Virus record (IMG/VR): IMGVR_UViG_3300033463_000109
Coordinates: 2,925-66,924 of that record
DNA from: a virus
Length of the DNA: 64,000 nucleotides
Strand: one strand, 5' to 3'
Both the position numbers and the translations under genes were made by a program. A model generated the notes under the pieces. That model saw nothing but the letters and a program-made list of their open reading frames with translations, was not told the origin of the DNA and made no database searches. Below are positions 1-9,874 of the stretch, one piece after another (within the stretch, counting starts at the first letter, position 1; each line of letters opens with the position of its first letter).

Positions 1-718
1 TCATCAGCTATACTTCCTAAAGTTGCTATCGTTGGCACATTATGGCACCAACCTGTCAAGCAGTCAATAGGTCCTTCAGCTATCATAGCACGCTTTAAGT
101 TATTTTTAATAATTATATTTAGATTATATACCTCTCTTCGTGCATCTTTTGGCATAAAGAAACTCTTATAGTCTATAGATCTCTTAGCAAATAATACTAA
201 ATCACCTTTAATATTATATACGGGAAAAATAACTTTTCTTTCTTTTGGGTCATACTTAACATTAAACTCTTCACAGACTGTTCTGTTAATCTTTCTTTGA
301 GCTAAATATTGACAGTAAGAAGTATAATCATCTAATATAGATTCGTCTATTTTAATACCTGTATTCTTTTTTCCTAATTGAATAGGGTCTCCGAGCTTAA
401 TACTTGTAGTTAATACCTTGCCATATCTTCTGATTAGCCAATCTTTTGCAAAGTCATATGAGCTTTCAAAGCAAGCTTGCACAAATTGAGCTAAGTTTCC
501 TGAAGCATCGCAGCTAAAACAATGCCAAGCGCCCGTTTCTGGGTCTATATAACAGCTATTCTTTCTCTCTAAGCCGTTTTTATGCACTGGGCAAGGCACG
601 CTATAACCTGCTGTCTTCATTTCGTGAAAAGCCAACTTGCCATTCGTCAAGTTAGCCTTTAAATCACTTACTATCTTAGATATTTCTTCATCTATATAAT
701 AATTATCTACTGTAATCA
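1..718 (-). CDS. DNA primase, DnaG-like (N-terminal part; gene continues beyond window start)
   Basis: Minus-strand ATG at 716-718 directly after the helicase stop. Translation 'MITVDNYY...CPVHKNGLERKNSCYIDPETGAWHCFSCDASGN' shows a CHC2 zinc-binding primase motif. No stop before position 1. Confidence 0.55.
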
Positions 719-2080
719 TTAGTTAAATACACTATCTGGGTTTACTATTGTTCCAGAGCTTATTGGTGCATAGCTGTCAGCTAAGTTTTGTTGGTCTTCT
801 GAGCTTGTTACACCATCACCTTCAACTGGAATATAATTAAATCTACCTGTATTGAAATCTGTTGTATACTTAAGCTTATTATGATCGCCACCATCTCTTG
901 CTTTGATGATGTTCAATGTAAGCTCTATTGTATGATTTTCAAAGTCAGGGTTTTTTTGCTCTAATGCAATAATTGTTGTTGCATATCTGCTAATCTTATC
1001 TGAGCCTGCAACTTGTGTTGTGTCTTGCTCACCATCTTCATTTTTTGTTCTATTCATTTGACAAACTGAAATGATAGGTATTTGCTTCTCAACTTGTAAT
1101 TGCTTAATTCTCTTAGCTATTAAACCAACTCTTTCATGCTCAGCCTTTACATAAGCATGCTCTTCAAGTAAGTCATATTGGTCTACAAATAAGATTTCTA
1201 AGTTCTCTTTCTCAATAAAAGCTTTTAATGTATCTACTGTTACTTCACCGCCTGGCACATCATTTGGTGTTAATACTTTAATTGGTGCATGAGGTGTAGC
1301 TTTTAATGAATCAATATATGCTTTATATCTTTGTTGCACAAATAAATCGCCACGATTAATTGAGCTATTTTGAATATGGCTTATGAAAGTATCAATTCTA
1401 TAACCTACTTTATCAGCTGTCATTTCACCTTCATATATACCAACTCGTTTACCTTCTAACCAAGCTTCAGCAGCCATCTTTAATAAGACTTGTGTTTTAC
1501 CTACACCTGTTCTTGCTATGATGACCATATTTTCTTCAAGCATATCAATACCGCCTTCACTTACGCCTGTATTGTTCTTGTCTGTTCGGCTTAGCTTTTG
1601 GTCAAGTTCTGGGAAGCCTGTTGAAATATAATATTTGTTTTTCTTAACTGACTTCTCTAAGTATCTATCATAACGACTTGTATCTGTAATTAAGTCTGTG
1701 CATTGAATACCAGTCGTTATCTTTGATATTTTTTCAGCACCTTCTCTAAGTATTTGTTCAGCTTTAGCATATTGACCACTTTCAAGTTTACGTTTAGATT
1801 CATTATACATTTCAACCATACAGTTTACTTTATAATCTTGAATAAGCTGTTCAACTAAAAAGTTATCTGGCTCTTTAACTTCAACATATGTAAAGTCTGG
1901 GAACATACCTAAGAATGTAATTTTATCTGGCACCACTTTATACATTTCATAGTGTTGCTTAATAAACTTATATTCATTTTTTGTATCAGGGAAGAAAGCT
2001 TCAGTTAAATTATTATTTGTAATAAGAGATAGGTCTTTCTTATCTAAGATTCTACATAAAGCTTGTACTTGGCTTGTCAT
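719..2080 (-). CDS. dnaB: replicative DNA helicase, DnaB/gp41-like
   Basis: 453-aa ORF with Walker A 'ARTGVGKTQ', Walker B 'ILFVDQYDLL' and RecA-like C-terminal domain. TAA stop. Confidence 0.8.
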   Translation of the reverse strand: MTSQVQALCRILDKKDLSLITNNNLTEAFFPDTKNEYKFIKQHYEMYKVVPDKITFLGMFPDFTYVEVKEPDNFLVEQLIQDYKVNCMVEMYNESKRKLESGQYAKAEQILREGAEKISKITTGIQCTDLITDTSRYDRYLEKSVKKNKYYISTGFPELDQKLSRTDKNNTGVSEGGIDMLEENMVIIARTGVGKTQVLLKMAAEAWLEGKRVGIYEGEMTADKVGYRIDTFISHIQNSSINRGDLFVQQRYKAYIDSLKATPHAPIKVLTPNDVPGGEVTVDTLKAFIEKENLEILFVDQYDLLEEHAYVKAEHERVGLIAKRIKQLQVEKQIPIISVCQMNRTKNEDGEQDTTQVAGSDKISRYATTIIALEQKNPDFENHTIELTLNIIKARDGGDHNKLKYTTDFNTGRFNYIPVEGDGVTSSEDQQNLADSYAPISSGTIVNPDSVFN

Positions 2081-2790
2081 TATGCTTGACCTCCCTTATC
2101 TTCTGTTTGTAATGTGTATGCAAGTGCTCTCTTATCTTTGCCTTTTAGCTCTACATCTATTGAGAGATTACATATTCTACTGCCTAAACGTTCACCTAAA
2201 GCTGCATAAATAGCATCTTTACCTAAGTTTGATGTATAAATATTAGCTTTTCCATCAATAATTCTTGGATCAATGAAGTTTAATAACTGATTAATTTCAT
2301 ATTCTGTGCCCATTTTATTACAAATATCGTCCCAAACTACCAAATCTGCTTCATAAATATGCTCTTTTATATATTTTGCATAGTCATTTGAACTATCAAT
2401 ATTGTCTTTTAGAGCTACCAAAAGCTTTGGCACACTAACAAATAAAGCTCTACAAGCTAAATCTGAGCCTGGCCAAATCTTATTAAAGTATGCTTCTATC
2501 ATTCTATAGCACCAACTTGACTTACCATTTCCGCAAGTTGATGAATGAATAAATAGATTTCTACCTTCTTTTACAAAGTTTTCTATATCAGCTTCAATAC
2601 CTGCTAATTGTGTAAACTCATTTAGGTCCGTGCCATCTGCATCAATATGCAAAGTAATATGCTTACGCTTATTCTCAGGAATCAAAGCAGCAGTATAAAG
2701 ACTATCCATCTTATACTTTCTTAAACAAAACTCTGCTTCGCAATCCTTACCATTGCATATAGATCTTAAATAGCAATCTTTAACTGCCAT
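2080..2790 (-). CDS. AAA+ ATPase, putative helicase loader (DnaC/IstB-like) with N-terminal Cys cluster
   Basis: 236-aa ORF with 'CGNGKSSW' P-loop and 'LVVWDDI' Walker B. Translationally coupled to the helicase gene. Confidence 0.45.
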   Translation of the reverse strand: MAVKDCYLRSICNGKDCEAEFCLRKYKMDSLYTAALIPENKRKHITLHIDADGTDLNEFTQLAGIEADIENFVKEGRNLFIHSSTCGNGKSSWCYRMIEAYFNKIWPGSDLACRALFVSVPKLLVALKDNIDSSNDYAKYIKEHIYEADLVVWDDICNKMGTEYEINQLLNFIDPRIIDGKANIYTSNLGKDAIYAALGERLGSRICNLSIDVELKGKDKRALAYTLQTEDKGGQA

Positions 2791-2792
2791 TA

Positions 2793-3467
2793 TTATTTTG
2801 TCTCCTTCTTGTCTGTGCTGCCTTGCCAGCCAGTGCCACGCTTTGTTTTTTCTGTATAAAACTCTTCTGGTGTCATATCAACAATTTCTACTGGGTCTGT
2901 TGAAATTAAATGTGGAATAAATTGAACTGCTTTCTTACCAAATTCTAAATGTTGATAATGGTCAGAAGTATTAATTAAATTAATATGCCATTCACCTTGA
3001 TAAGATGCGTCTATGACTGATGCACCAAAAATAAGTTGCTTCTTTGTTGCAATACCTGATTTATTATTAGCAATTAAAGCTAATTCTGGTCCAAACTTGC
3101 TCATAATGCCTGTTGGAATAATAATAGCTTTATGTGGTGCTATTTGAATAGTATCACCTAAAATAAATGATAAACTTTGTGCTCTGCATTCGTCTGCCAT
3201 CTCTAATTGTTTATTGCGCTCTTCATACTCAGCATAAGTCTCTTTTAGAAATTCTAACTTTTGATCATAGGTCATTTTACCACTTAAACCCATTGCTACA
3301 TTTTCTGCTATAGATTCATTACTAAATGTATCAACTAACCTAAAGTTTTTAGCACATAAAGCTTTTCTAAACTCTGGTGTATTCTCTGGTATGTAAAAAT
3401 CTATACCTGCATTTTCATTTACGTCTCTTTCTGGGTTTTTAACATCTCTTGTTTTAATAAATTGCAT
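2793..3467 (-). CDS. dut: dUTPase / dCTP-deaminase-fold protein
   Basis: 224 aa with motif 'GASVIDASYQGEW' (dUTPase motif III-like) and 'AGIDFY'. Confidence 0.55.
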   Translation of the reverse strand: MQFIKTRDVKNPERDVNENAGIDFYIPENTPEFRKALCAKNFRLVDTFSNESIAENVAMGLSGKMTYDQKLEFLKETYAEYEERNKQLEMADECRAQSLSFILGDTIQIAPHKAIIIPTGIMSKFGPELALIANNKSGIATKKQLIFGASVIDASYQGEWHINLINTSDHYQHLEFGKKAVQFIPHLISTDPVEIVDMTPEEFYTEKTKRGTGWQGSTDKKETK

Positions 3468-3591
3468 ACTTTGCTCCTTAAATATTCTATTTTATTATAC
3501 GCTTTATTCTTTATCAATTTGTCAAAAATAAGCTAATTAACCTTAAACTTTCTTAATTAGCCTATATGGGCTTATAACGAGCCCACATCAA

Positions 3592-3607
3592 TATATTATA
3601 CAATATA
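3592..3607 (-). promoter_or_regulatory. candidate promoter, minus-sense extended -10 'TTGTATAATAT' family
   Basis: Plus 'atatattatacaatat' = minus 'ATATTGTATAATATAT' (TGnTATAAT). Lies upstream of the dUTPase gene start. Confidence 0.45.
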
Positions 3608-3614
3608 AAAAACA

Positions 3615-3642
3615 AAAAAGCCTGCATTTCTGCAAGCTTTTT
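3615..3642. terminator. hairpin flanked by A-run and T-run (bidirectional rho-independent terminator-like)
   Basis: 'aaaaaagcctgcatttctgcaagcttttt': GC-rich stem 'gcctgca/tgcaagc' flanked by A6 and T5. Lies between the lipoprotein gene end and the dUTPase promoter. Confidence 0.4.
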
Positions 3643-3660
3643 CATTATTTTTCTTTTTTG

Positions 3661-5688
3661 CTATTTAACAATAACTATTGTTCCATCTGGAAGTCTGTAT
3701 TCGCCGGCTTCTAATGTTCCAACATCAGTATCAGCAGCAATAACCTTAATAGCACTTACTGAAATTGTTAATTCAATGCTACCAACTTTTACCTTAGTTG
3801 TATCAGCTGTTAATGTGCCTTCAACTTTAATTGCTCCGTTTTCAACAATAATATTGTCATCTGTAATATCGGCTAACTTTGTGAAATCTTCAAGTTTAAT
3901 ACCTGTGATTTCTTCACCAGTTACTAAGTTCTTTGTGCTAATAGTAATATCTAAATCTTTAGCTGTGCCATCAATGAAGATAATACCATCAACTGAAGCT
4001 TCTGTAATAACTACAGGATCACCAGCATCATATAATTTCTTTTCTTGTCTACCGTTGAAGAAGCTCTTTTCACCTGAAGTAATCTTAGCTACGCTGTATA
4101 AGAATTTAACATCATAATAAATACCACCCTCGAAGTAGTAGCCATATACAGCTGAAATATCATCTTCTTTTAGATTTGTTGTGCCAATAGTTCCATAAAT
4201 CTTGTTATAGTTTCCAACTTCAGCACCAATACCAGCAGAAATTACACCACCTAATAGATCAAATTTAATAGTTGCATTAACACCTAAATAGATAGTTGCA
4301 TTTCCATCAAAGTATACTGTTGCAGCATCAAAAGATAAACCTTGTGTTTCTGTAATCTTAGCTGATTTTTCATCTGTTGCAGGGTTATACTTAATTTCTG
4401 CCTTGAATCCAGAAGTTGCAGTAGCTTCTACACCAAGCTCTCCAGAGAAAGCTAAATCTAAAGCTGCATTTACTTGGAAAGCAACATCAGCAACACCGCT
4501 ACCAATTGGAACTACCCAATTAAATACTGGAATAGTAACTAAATCTTCATCAGCATTTTGAACCATAGCTTTAATCTTAGCAATAATAGTATCCAAGTCT
4601 GAGCCTTCTGAAATAGCTACGCCATCTTTAACTTCTACACCGAATGTTAATGTATTGTAGAAGTCAGCTGTAATATCAATTTTACTCTTATTTCCAATAA
4701 CAGATCCAAGATTAATATCTGTCTCAACAGTTACTTGTGAATCGATTATGAAAGATAATTCTAAGTCTAATGAATTAATACCATCTTTTTCGCCTAAAAC
4801 ATCTTTTACAGTTATAACAATACTTAATCTAACTGTATCTTCACCAACCTTATTAGCATCAACTCTTACAGGTCCTACATCAAAACCAGCACATGATACT
4901 AAATTAACAATTTCATTAGTAGCTTCTTCTACATTTCCAAAATCTACTTTACCTTCTTCTAAGTTAGCTGTTGAATTAGCTGTTAAAGTTTTATAAACTT
5001 TTTCATAGTCTGGTGTTACATAAGCAACTTTATTTGTGCCAGCAACATTTGTATTCGCTACACCAGCAACTAAATAAGCTCTTGTGCCAGTATAAACAAT
5101 GTCGCCCATTTCTAATTCTCTATCTATTAAAGTAGAAACTACATCAGCATCATATTGGAATGTATTTAAGTTGCCATTTGATGAGAAGTTAGATAAGTAA
5201 GCTGAATCTAATTCAATAACGTTAGCTCCTAAATCTCTCTTAGAAATATCTTCAGAAGTAATTACAATAATTAAAGCTGAATTATTTTTATATCTTTTTG
5301 TGCTATCCTTTGGGTCTACAATAGATAATCTGCTATCTGTAGCTTTGATTCTATAGCTTACTCCAGCTTCAAAATTTGGATAAGTAATAATTTTGTATTG
5401 ATTACCACCAATTGGAACAGCATCAATTTGCACTTGACCTTTGCCTTCTTGTACAAAGCTAATACCTGAAATAACTTCACTTCTATCCATTGTTTCAGAA
5501 GCTTCTACAATTATACGGCTTCCTTGGTCAACATACTTCATTTCATTTACTACGAATGATGACCCTCTTGTCTCTTCTTCAATAGTGTTTGTGTCATTAG
5601 TATCTTCTTTGTTGCATGAGATTAAACAGGTAGCCATGCATACTAGCAACATAAGCACTAAAATTACTGATAATAGTTTCTTATTCAT
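3661..5688 (-). CDS. large secreted lipoprotein (lipobox 'LISC'), function unknown
   Basis: 675 aa. N-terminus 'MNKKLLSVILVLMLLVCMATCLISCNKED' is a signal peptide with lipobox Cys. Body is Gly/Thr/Val-rich and beta-rich. Confidence 0.5.
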   Translation of the reverse strand: MNKKLLSVILVLMLLVCMATCLISCNKEDTNDTNTIEEETRGSSFVVNEMKYVDQGSRIIVEASETMDRSEVISGISFVQEGKGQVQIDAVPIGGNQYKIITYPNFEAGVSYRIKATDSRLSIVDPKDSTKRYKNNSALIIVITSEDISKRDLGANVIELDSAYLSNFSSNGNLNTFQYDADVVSTLIDRELEMGDIVYTGTRAYLVAGVANTNVAGTNKVAYVTPDYEKVYKTLTANSTANLEEGKVDFGNVEEATNEIVNLVSCAGFDVGPVRVDANKVGEDTVRLSIVITVKDVLGEKDGINSLDLELSFIIDSQVTVETDINLGSVIGNKSKIDITADFYNTLTFGVEVKDGVAISEGSDLDTIIAKIKAMVQNADEDLVTIPVFNWVVPIGSGVADVAFQVNAALDLAFSGELGVEATATSGFKAEIKYNPATDEKSAKITETQGLSFDAATVYFDGNATIYLGVNATIKFDLLGGVISAGIGAEVGNYNKIYGTIGTTNLKEDDISAVYGYYFEGGIYYDVKFLYSVAKITSGEKSFFNGRQEKKLYDAGDPVVITEASVDGIIFIDGTAKDLDITISTKNLVTGEEITGIKLEDFTKLADITDDNIIVENGAIKVEGTLTADTTKVKVGSIELTISVSAIKVIAADTDVGTLEAGEYRLPDGTIVIVK

Positions 5689-5720
5689 ATAATTTCCCCT
5701 TTATGAAATTTTGTGGTTAC

Positions 5721-5762
5721 TATATAATTTAGCAAAAAATAACCTACTATATTATACAATAT
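5721..5762 (-). promoter_or_regulatory. candidate promoter region carrying both conserved motifs
   Basis: 'tatataatttagcaaaaaat' followed by 'ctatattatacaatat', upstream of the lipoprotein gene start (5688). Confidence 0.4.
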
Positions 5763-5801
5763 AATAGGCTTAAATTTATCATTTGCTATATTTGTTGCAG
5801 T

Positions 5802-6146
5802 TTAATCTTCAAATGTGGCTATAATTCGCTTATCAAAAAGGCCTCTTTCTTCAGCTTTTTTCTTATAGGCTTCTGCTACTTCATCCACTGTAATTTCTAT
5901 GCCACTATTTAGTTTTGCAACATTTATTAAGGTTGCTAAAATGTCAGCAGCTTCATTAGCTAAAGCCTCTTTAGAATGCTCTGGGTTGCTTGGCCACGTT
6001 GCAATTCCAAACTCACCAAGCTCTTCATAAATCTTATCTACAGCAAAAGGTCTAAAGTCTTCATCATCTTTAGCTATTCTATAGCTGCATTTAACACCAG
6101 CTGCTTCCATAATCTCTGGGATCTTATCTCTAACTAATTTTTCCAT
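5802..6146 (-). CDS. mazG: MazG-like nucleotide pyrophosphohydrolase
   Basis: 114 aa with 'KIYEELGEF...EALANEAADILATL', the EExxE/D metal-binding pattern of MazG. Confidence 0.65.
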   Translation of the reverse strand: MEKLVRDKIPEIMEAAGVKCSYRIAKDDEDFRPFAVDKIYEELGEFGIATWPSNPEHSKEALANEAADILATLINVAKLNSGIEITVDEVAEAYKKKAEERGLFDKRIIATFED

Positions 6147-6661
6147 TATTTAACCCTCTCATAAGTACAGTATCTTGTTGTGTATTCATTGTCTTCAACT
6201 GGGTCTTCTTCTTCAATAAGCCTCCAGTCAGGATCTGCATCTAAGTTTGGAAAGTCTACTTCTCCAAAGCCATCTGCATCAACCTTAGTAATATAAGCTA
6301 AATCACAGTAAGGAAGCATAGACTTATAAAACATAGCTCCGCCTATAATAAATACATCACTGCCATGTCTTGATAGGTTTCCAAGACAACTTAATGTTTC
6401 ATCAAAGTCATGCAAGCAAATGCAGTCAGCTACTTCAATGCCAGGTGGGCAAAGCACTACATTAACTCTATTTGGAAGCGGTTTTGAGCCAGGAAGTGAT
6501 AGCAAAGTGTTATAACCCATTGCTACAATGCCTCCTGAAGTAAGCTTCTTAAAACGCTTTAGGTCTAAAGGAAGCTTAAATAAAAGCTCTCCTTTGCCAG
6601 TTTCTGGGTTCGTCTTTCCAATATTCCAATTTTTATCAACTGCAACAATAGTCTTAATCAT
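6146..6661 (-). CDS. dihydrofolate reductase
   Basis: 171 aa. 'IVAVDKNWNIGK...LPLDLKRFKKLTSGGIVAMGYNTLLSLPGSKPLPNRVNVVL' matches the DHFR signature. Confidence 0.8.
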   Translation of the reverse strand: MIKTIVAVDKNWNIGKTNPETGKGELLFKLPLDLKRFKKLTSGGIVAMGYNTLLSLPGSKPLPNRVNVVLCPPGIEVADCICLHDFDETLSCLGNLSRHGSDVFIIGGAMFYKSMLPYCDLAYITKVDADGFGEVDFPNLDADPDWRLIEEEDPVEDNEYTTRYCTYERVK

Positions 6662-6672
6662 AATTTATTCCT

Positions 6673-7392
6673 CTATTTATATATTACTTGCATTCTGCCT
6701 TCTGGTGCAGGTATATCAAGCTTAGTAAGTGTAGCTGGTATTTGTCTATAGTCCGCCATATAATAGCAGTGCTCGTAAGAAGCATATAATATTAGTAGCT
6801 TTGTTTTATATAAAAACTTTGTATTTTTACCATAATATTCCAAACCTTCTTCTCCATTTCTACATTGCTTTAATTCAACATCGATTTTCTTACCATTTTC
6901 ATCATTATAATAGAAGTCTGAAATATATTCGCCTCTACCTTGACATAATTTATCGTGATTTGTAGGTATACCATCCTTATTGGTTTCTTGAAGATACAAT
7001 GTATGTCCTTCCCAAGTATGATTAGGCACTTGCATTTCTGTTAAATAATTATTGTAGAATATTTTTAAACGTTGCCACCAACTATAACTTGTGCTACGAG
7101 GTGGTATGCTACGCTCTAATAAATACAGTTGTTGTAGCATCCGTGTAGATGTAGTTTTTGGGTTCTTTAAGAACTGACCTAATTGTGGGTAGTCAATAGA
7201 CGTAATGCCGCCTAACTGTTGTATATATTCTTGAGCCTTTGCTGCACGTTCATTTAAATCTGTCATATCTTCCAAAGTAGCTACCATTAATATAAACTCA
7301 TCTGAAGCACCTTTTAAAATGTTTACATTTGGTGTTGGTGTTTTTACATTGGCCGGTATTTTTGCTTCAAGTTCTGCTCTATCTATTTCCAT
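6673..7392 (-). CDS. hypothetical protein
   Basis: 239-aa intact ORF in an operon with the nucleotide-metabolism genes. No recognisable motif. Confidence 0.4.
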   Translation of the reverse strand: MEIDRAELEAKIPANVKTPTPNVNILKGASDEFILMVATLEDMTDLNERAAKAQEYIQQLGGITSIDYPQLGQFLKNPKTTSTRMLQQLYLLERSIPPRSTSYSWWQRLKIFYNNYLTEMQVPNHTWEGHTLYLQETNKDGIPTNHDKLCQGRGEYISDFYYNDENGKKIDVELKQCRNGEEGLEYYGKNTKFLYKTKLLILYASYEHCYYMADYRQIPATLTKLDIPAPEGRMQVIYK

Positions 7393-7393
7393 T

Positions 7394-7882
7394 TTAATCT
7401 CCTAATTTTGCATTTATATAATACATTAAATCTGTTTCTGCAAGCTCATTAATGTCTCTTAACAAACCTTGTCTATCTCTTGCATAAATAACACCAGCTC
7501 TTGTAATAACCTTTCTAATACCTGCATTTTTAATAAGTCTTAGGCAGATTTCACAAGGTTTTGGTGCAACTCGCTCTTCATTTGCTTCAGGGTCAAAGCA
7601 AGCCAAATAAAGTGTTGAGCCTATCATGTCCTTCTTAGCAGCTATTAGAACTGAATTCATTTCTGCATGTATAGCTGGACAAGTTGCATATTCTTGCATG
7701 TCTTTATTACTGTCTACTTTTGTACAGGTCTCACAATGTTTTTCGCCAGCAGGTGTACCATTATAACCTGTAGAAAGTATAAAGTCATCTTTAACAATTA
7801 CAGCACCGTAATGCTTTTTCAAGCAAGATGATCTCTCTGAAACTGTTAAAGCAACATCTAAATAGTAGCTATCTTTATTCAT
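7394..7882 (-). CDS. dCMP deaminase (cytidine/deoxycytidylate deaminase family)
   Basis: 162 aa with 'CPAIHAEMNSVLIAA' (HAE zinc ligand) and 'PCEICLRLI' (PCxxC). Confidence 0.8.
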   Translation of the reverse strand: MNKDSYYLDVALTVSERSSCLKKHYGAVIVKDDFILSTGYNGTPAGEKHCETCTKVDSNKDMQEYATCPAIHAEMNSVLIAAKKDMIGSTLYLACFDPEANEERVAPKPCEICLRLIKNAGIRKVITRAGVIYARDRQGLLRDINELAETDLMYYINAKLGD

Positions 7883-8603
7883 TTATAGCCTCCAATCTTG
7901 CTCTAGCTTTAACAAAGTATTCATCATCAAGTTCAATACCTATGAAGTCTCTTTCAGCTTCTAAAGCAGCTACACCAGTTGAGCCACAGCCCATAAATGG
8001 ATCTAAAACTACTTCACCTTTATTAGATAACACCTCTACAAAAAACTTTAGAAGTGTTGTATTCTTTTCATTTGGGTGAAGGTTCTTGCTTGCTCGCTTA
8101 GCTGTAGCAAAGCCCCATTCAGTCTTTATCCAGTTTGGATAAGCATATGTATATGGCTTCGGATTCTTATTACGCTTGTCTTTAAACCAGCCCTCAGAAG
8201 TTGGAATAAAATCTACCTCGTTAAAGTCTTTGCCTTTGCCCTTTGAAAGCACAAGTATTGGCTGGAATTGGAAGCCAAAGTTATTCTTAGGTGTTGGTGA
8301 GCCATTATTAAAGCAACGTGTAGCAACTATATTCTTAAAAGTAAAGCCTGCTTTTAGAGCTTCATCTATCCAGATATTAAGATTTCTTAAGCCTACATAT
8401 AAAACAACATAGCAGTCGTCTTTAAGTATTCTATACATCTCTTGATACCAGACAGGAATTAATTGCTCAATATAGTCAGCCGAATCATTATAGACGTCAT
8501 TTTTGAAGTCTACGCCATATGGTGGGTCGGCTAAAATCAAATCAATGCTGTCTGATTCTTGCTTTTTCATAACAGCTAAACAGTCATTATTATATAATAT
8601 CAT
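7875..8603 (-). CDS. DNA N6-adenine/N4-cytosine methyltransferase (beta class)
   Basis: 242 aa with 'ILADPPYG' (DPPY motif IV) and 'DPFMGCGSTGVAA' (motif I) downstream. Confidence 0.8.
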   Translation of the reverse strand: MILYNNDCLAVMKKQESDSIDLILADPPYGVDFKNDVYNDSADYIEQLIPVWYQEMYRILKDDCYVVLYVGLRNLNIWIDEALKAGFTFKNIVATRCFNNGSPTPKNNFGFQFQPILVLSKGKGKDFNEVDFIPTSEGWFKDKRNKNPKPYTYAYPNWIKTEWGFATAKRASKNLHPNEKNTTLLKFFVEVLSNKGEVVLDPFMGCGSTGVAALEAERDFIGIELDDEYFVKARARLEAINE

Positions 8604-8786
8604 TTAATTAACCTACTATCTTTGTTGCTACTTCTTTAATAGCTTCAACTAAAGCTGAGGTTTCTTCATCAATTTTGTCAACTTCATTAGTTGATATTGC
8701 CTTAGCTAAAGTGCCTAAAGTATTACCTGTTTGTACTAATTGCTCTTTTTCTTGCTCTGTAAGTGAGCCAATCTTCGTAATATTCA

Positions 8787-9368
8787 TTAGTTATACTCCT
8801 TCTCTAACTTTTCTTTATTCTTATTATACCAAGCTACAAAATCATCTAAGTCTTTTGATTCTGACATCTTAGTAATTAACTTTACAAATAAATCTTGTGA
8901 ATCTTTATGCATTGCTCTCTTGCCTTCACACTTAGCCTTCCAATAATCAAGTGGTGCTTTAACTGTCCACTTTGTCTTATTATAAGCTTTTCCTGCACCA
9001 ACGAAATCACAAACCATTTCAATAACTCTATCATAAGGCATCTTTACAGCTTTACAAATGATAGTAAATGTGCCATCATCATTAGGTGTTGCCTCGTTAA
9101 AATCTGTCCAGTATTCCCAGTGATGTAGGTTTCTTGACTTATGATGTATCCAGCTTGGGCTATAACCAAGCTTTTCTCTTGCTATATCATGTGGGCTCTT
9201 TGTGCCATCTGCATACTTATAAATGTCGAATTCATCTGGCATAAACTTGCTTAGGTCGTGTTGCTCACCAAGCTCAGGAATACCCATCTTATAGCATAGC
9301 TCTTTAACGCATTCAATATGCTTTAATATTGTTTCTGTGTGTAAATCTTTCTTTTCTTGATCTGTCAT
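8787..9368 (-). CDS. HD-domain phosphohydrolase-like protein
   Basis: 193 aa. 'HIECVKELCYKMG...EQHDLSK' gives the H...HD metal-binding pattern. Confidence 0.4.
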   Translation of the reverse strand: MTDQEKKDLHTETILKHIECVKELCYKMGIPELGEQHDLSKFMPDEFDIYKYADGTKSPHDIAREKLGYSPSWIHHKSRNLHHWEYWTDFNEATPNDDGTFTIICKAVKMPYDRVIEMVCDFVGAGKAYNKTKWTVKAPLDYWKAKCEGKRAMHKDSQDLFVKLITKMSESKDLDDFVAWYNKNKEKLEKEYN

Positions 9369-9874
9369 TATCTAAGCTCCTCAACAACTCTATACATGAG
9401 TGTCTTTAAATCTCTTTCATGGTATTTATTTAACCACTTTAATCTAATTTCAATATAATTATTCTTCTCAGCATAATCTGGCCAACCGATTAGAATTTTA
9501 TTAATCTCATCCCTATTTAAATAAGCACCAAGCTCTATATTGGTTGTAAAGGCAGGATCTTCCTTTGTTCTTGGAATCCAAAAAACAATTTTATCAGCTT
9601 GATACATTGCAGCTTGCTCCCAATGTGTTTGTTTCTCTAAGTAAAGCGGGTCATTTTTATCAAAATATGGATTAGTTGGATTAAAAATTATACCATCAAA
9701 ACCTGCTTCTTGCAAGTATTTTTCAGCTTCAAAACGCCAGTCTCTTTCATAGTCGCCTCTTGGAGATGGACCAGCTAAAAAGATGCTATGCTTAGGATCT
9801 TTTTGCCAAGCAACTATACCTGGACTATTAAGTTCTCCTCCAAACTTTTTCGATGGGTGCACTACTTCAAACAT
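9368..9874 (-). CDS. nucleoside 2-deoxyribosyltransferase-like protein
   Basis: 168 aa with 'SIFLAGPSPRG' (Rossmann-like start), a conserved E in 'NIELGAY' and a 'WIPRT' region, as in deoxyribosyltransferase/DUF4406 proteins. Confidence 0.35.
   Translation of the reverse strand: MFEVVHPSKKFGGELNSPGIVAWQKDPKHSIFLAGPSPRGDYERDWRFEAEKYLQEAGFDGIIFNPTNPYFDKNDPLYLEKQTHWEQAAMYQADKIVFWIPRTKEDPAFTTNIELGAYLNRDEINKILIGWPDYAEKNNYIEIRLKWLNKYHERDLKTLMYRVVEELR

Noticed and set aside
3776-4117. Plus-strand ORFs in the supplied track (3776..4117, 4748..4996, 5441..5692, 12082..12543, 13152..13442, 20276..20527, 33702..33911, 37247..37519, 54893..55210, 57088..57276 and others)
   Set aside because: Each lies antisense inside a longer, motif-supported minus-strand gene. 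They are low-complexity translations with no RBS or promoter context. No convincing plus-strand gene exists in the window.
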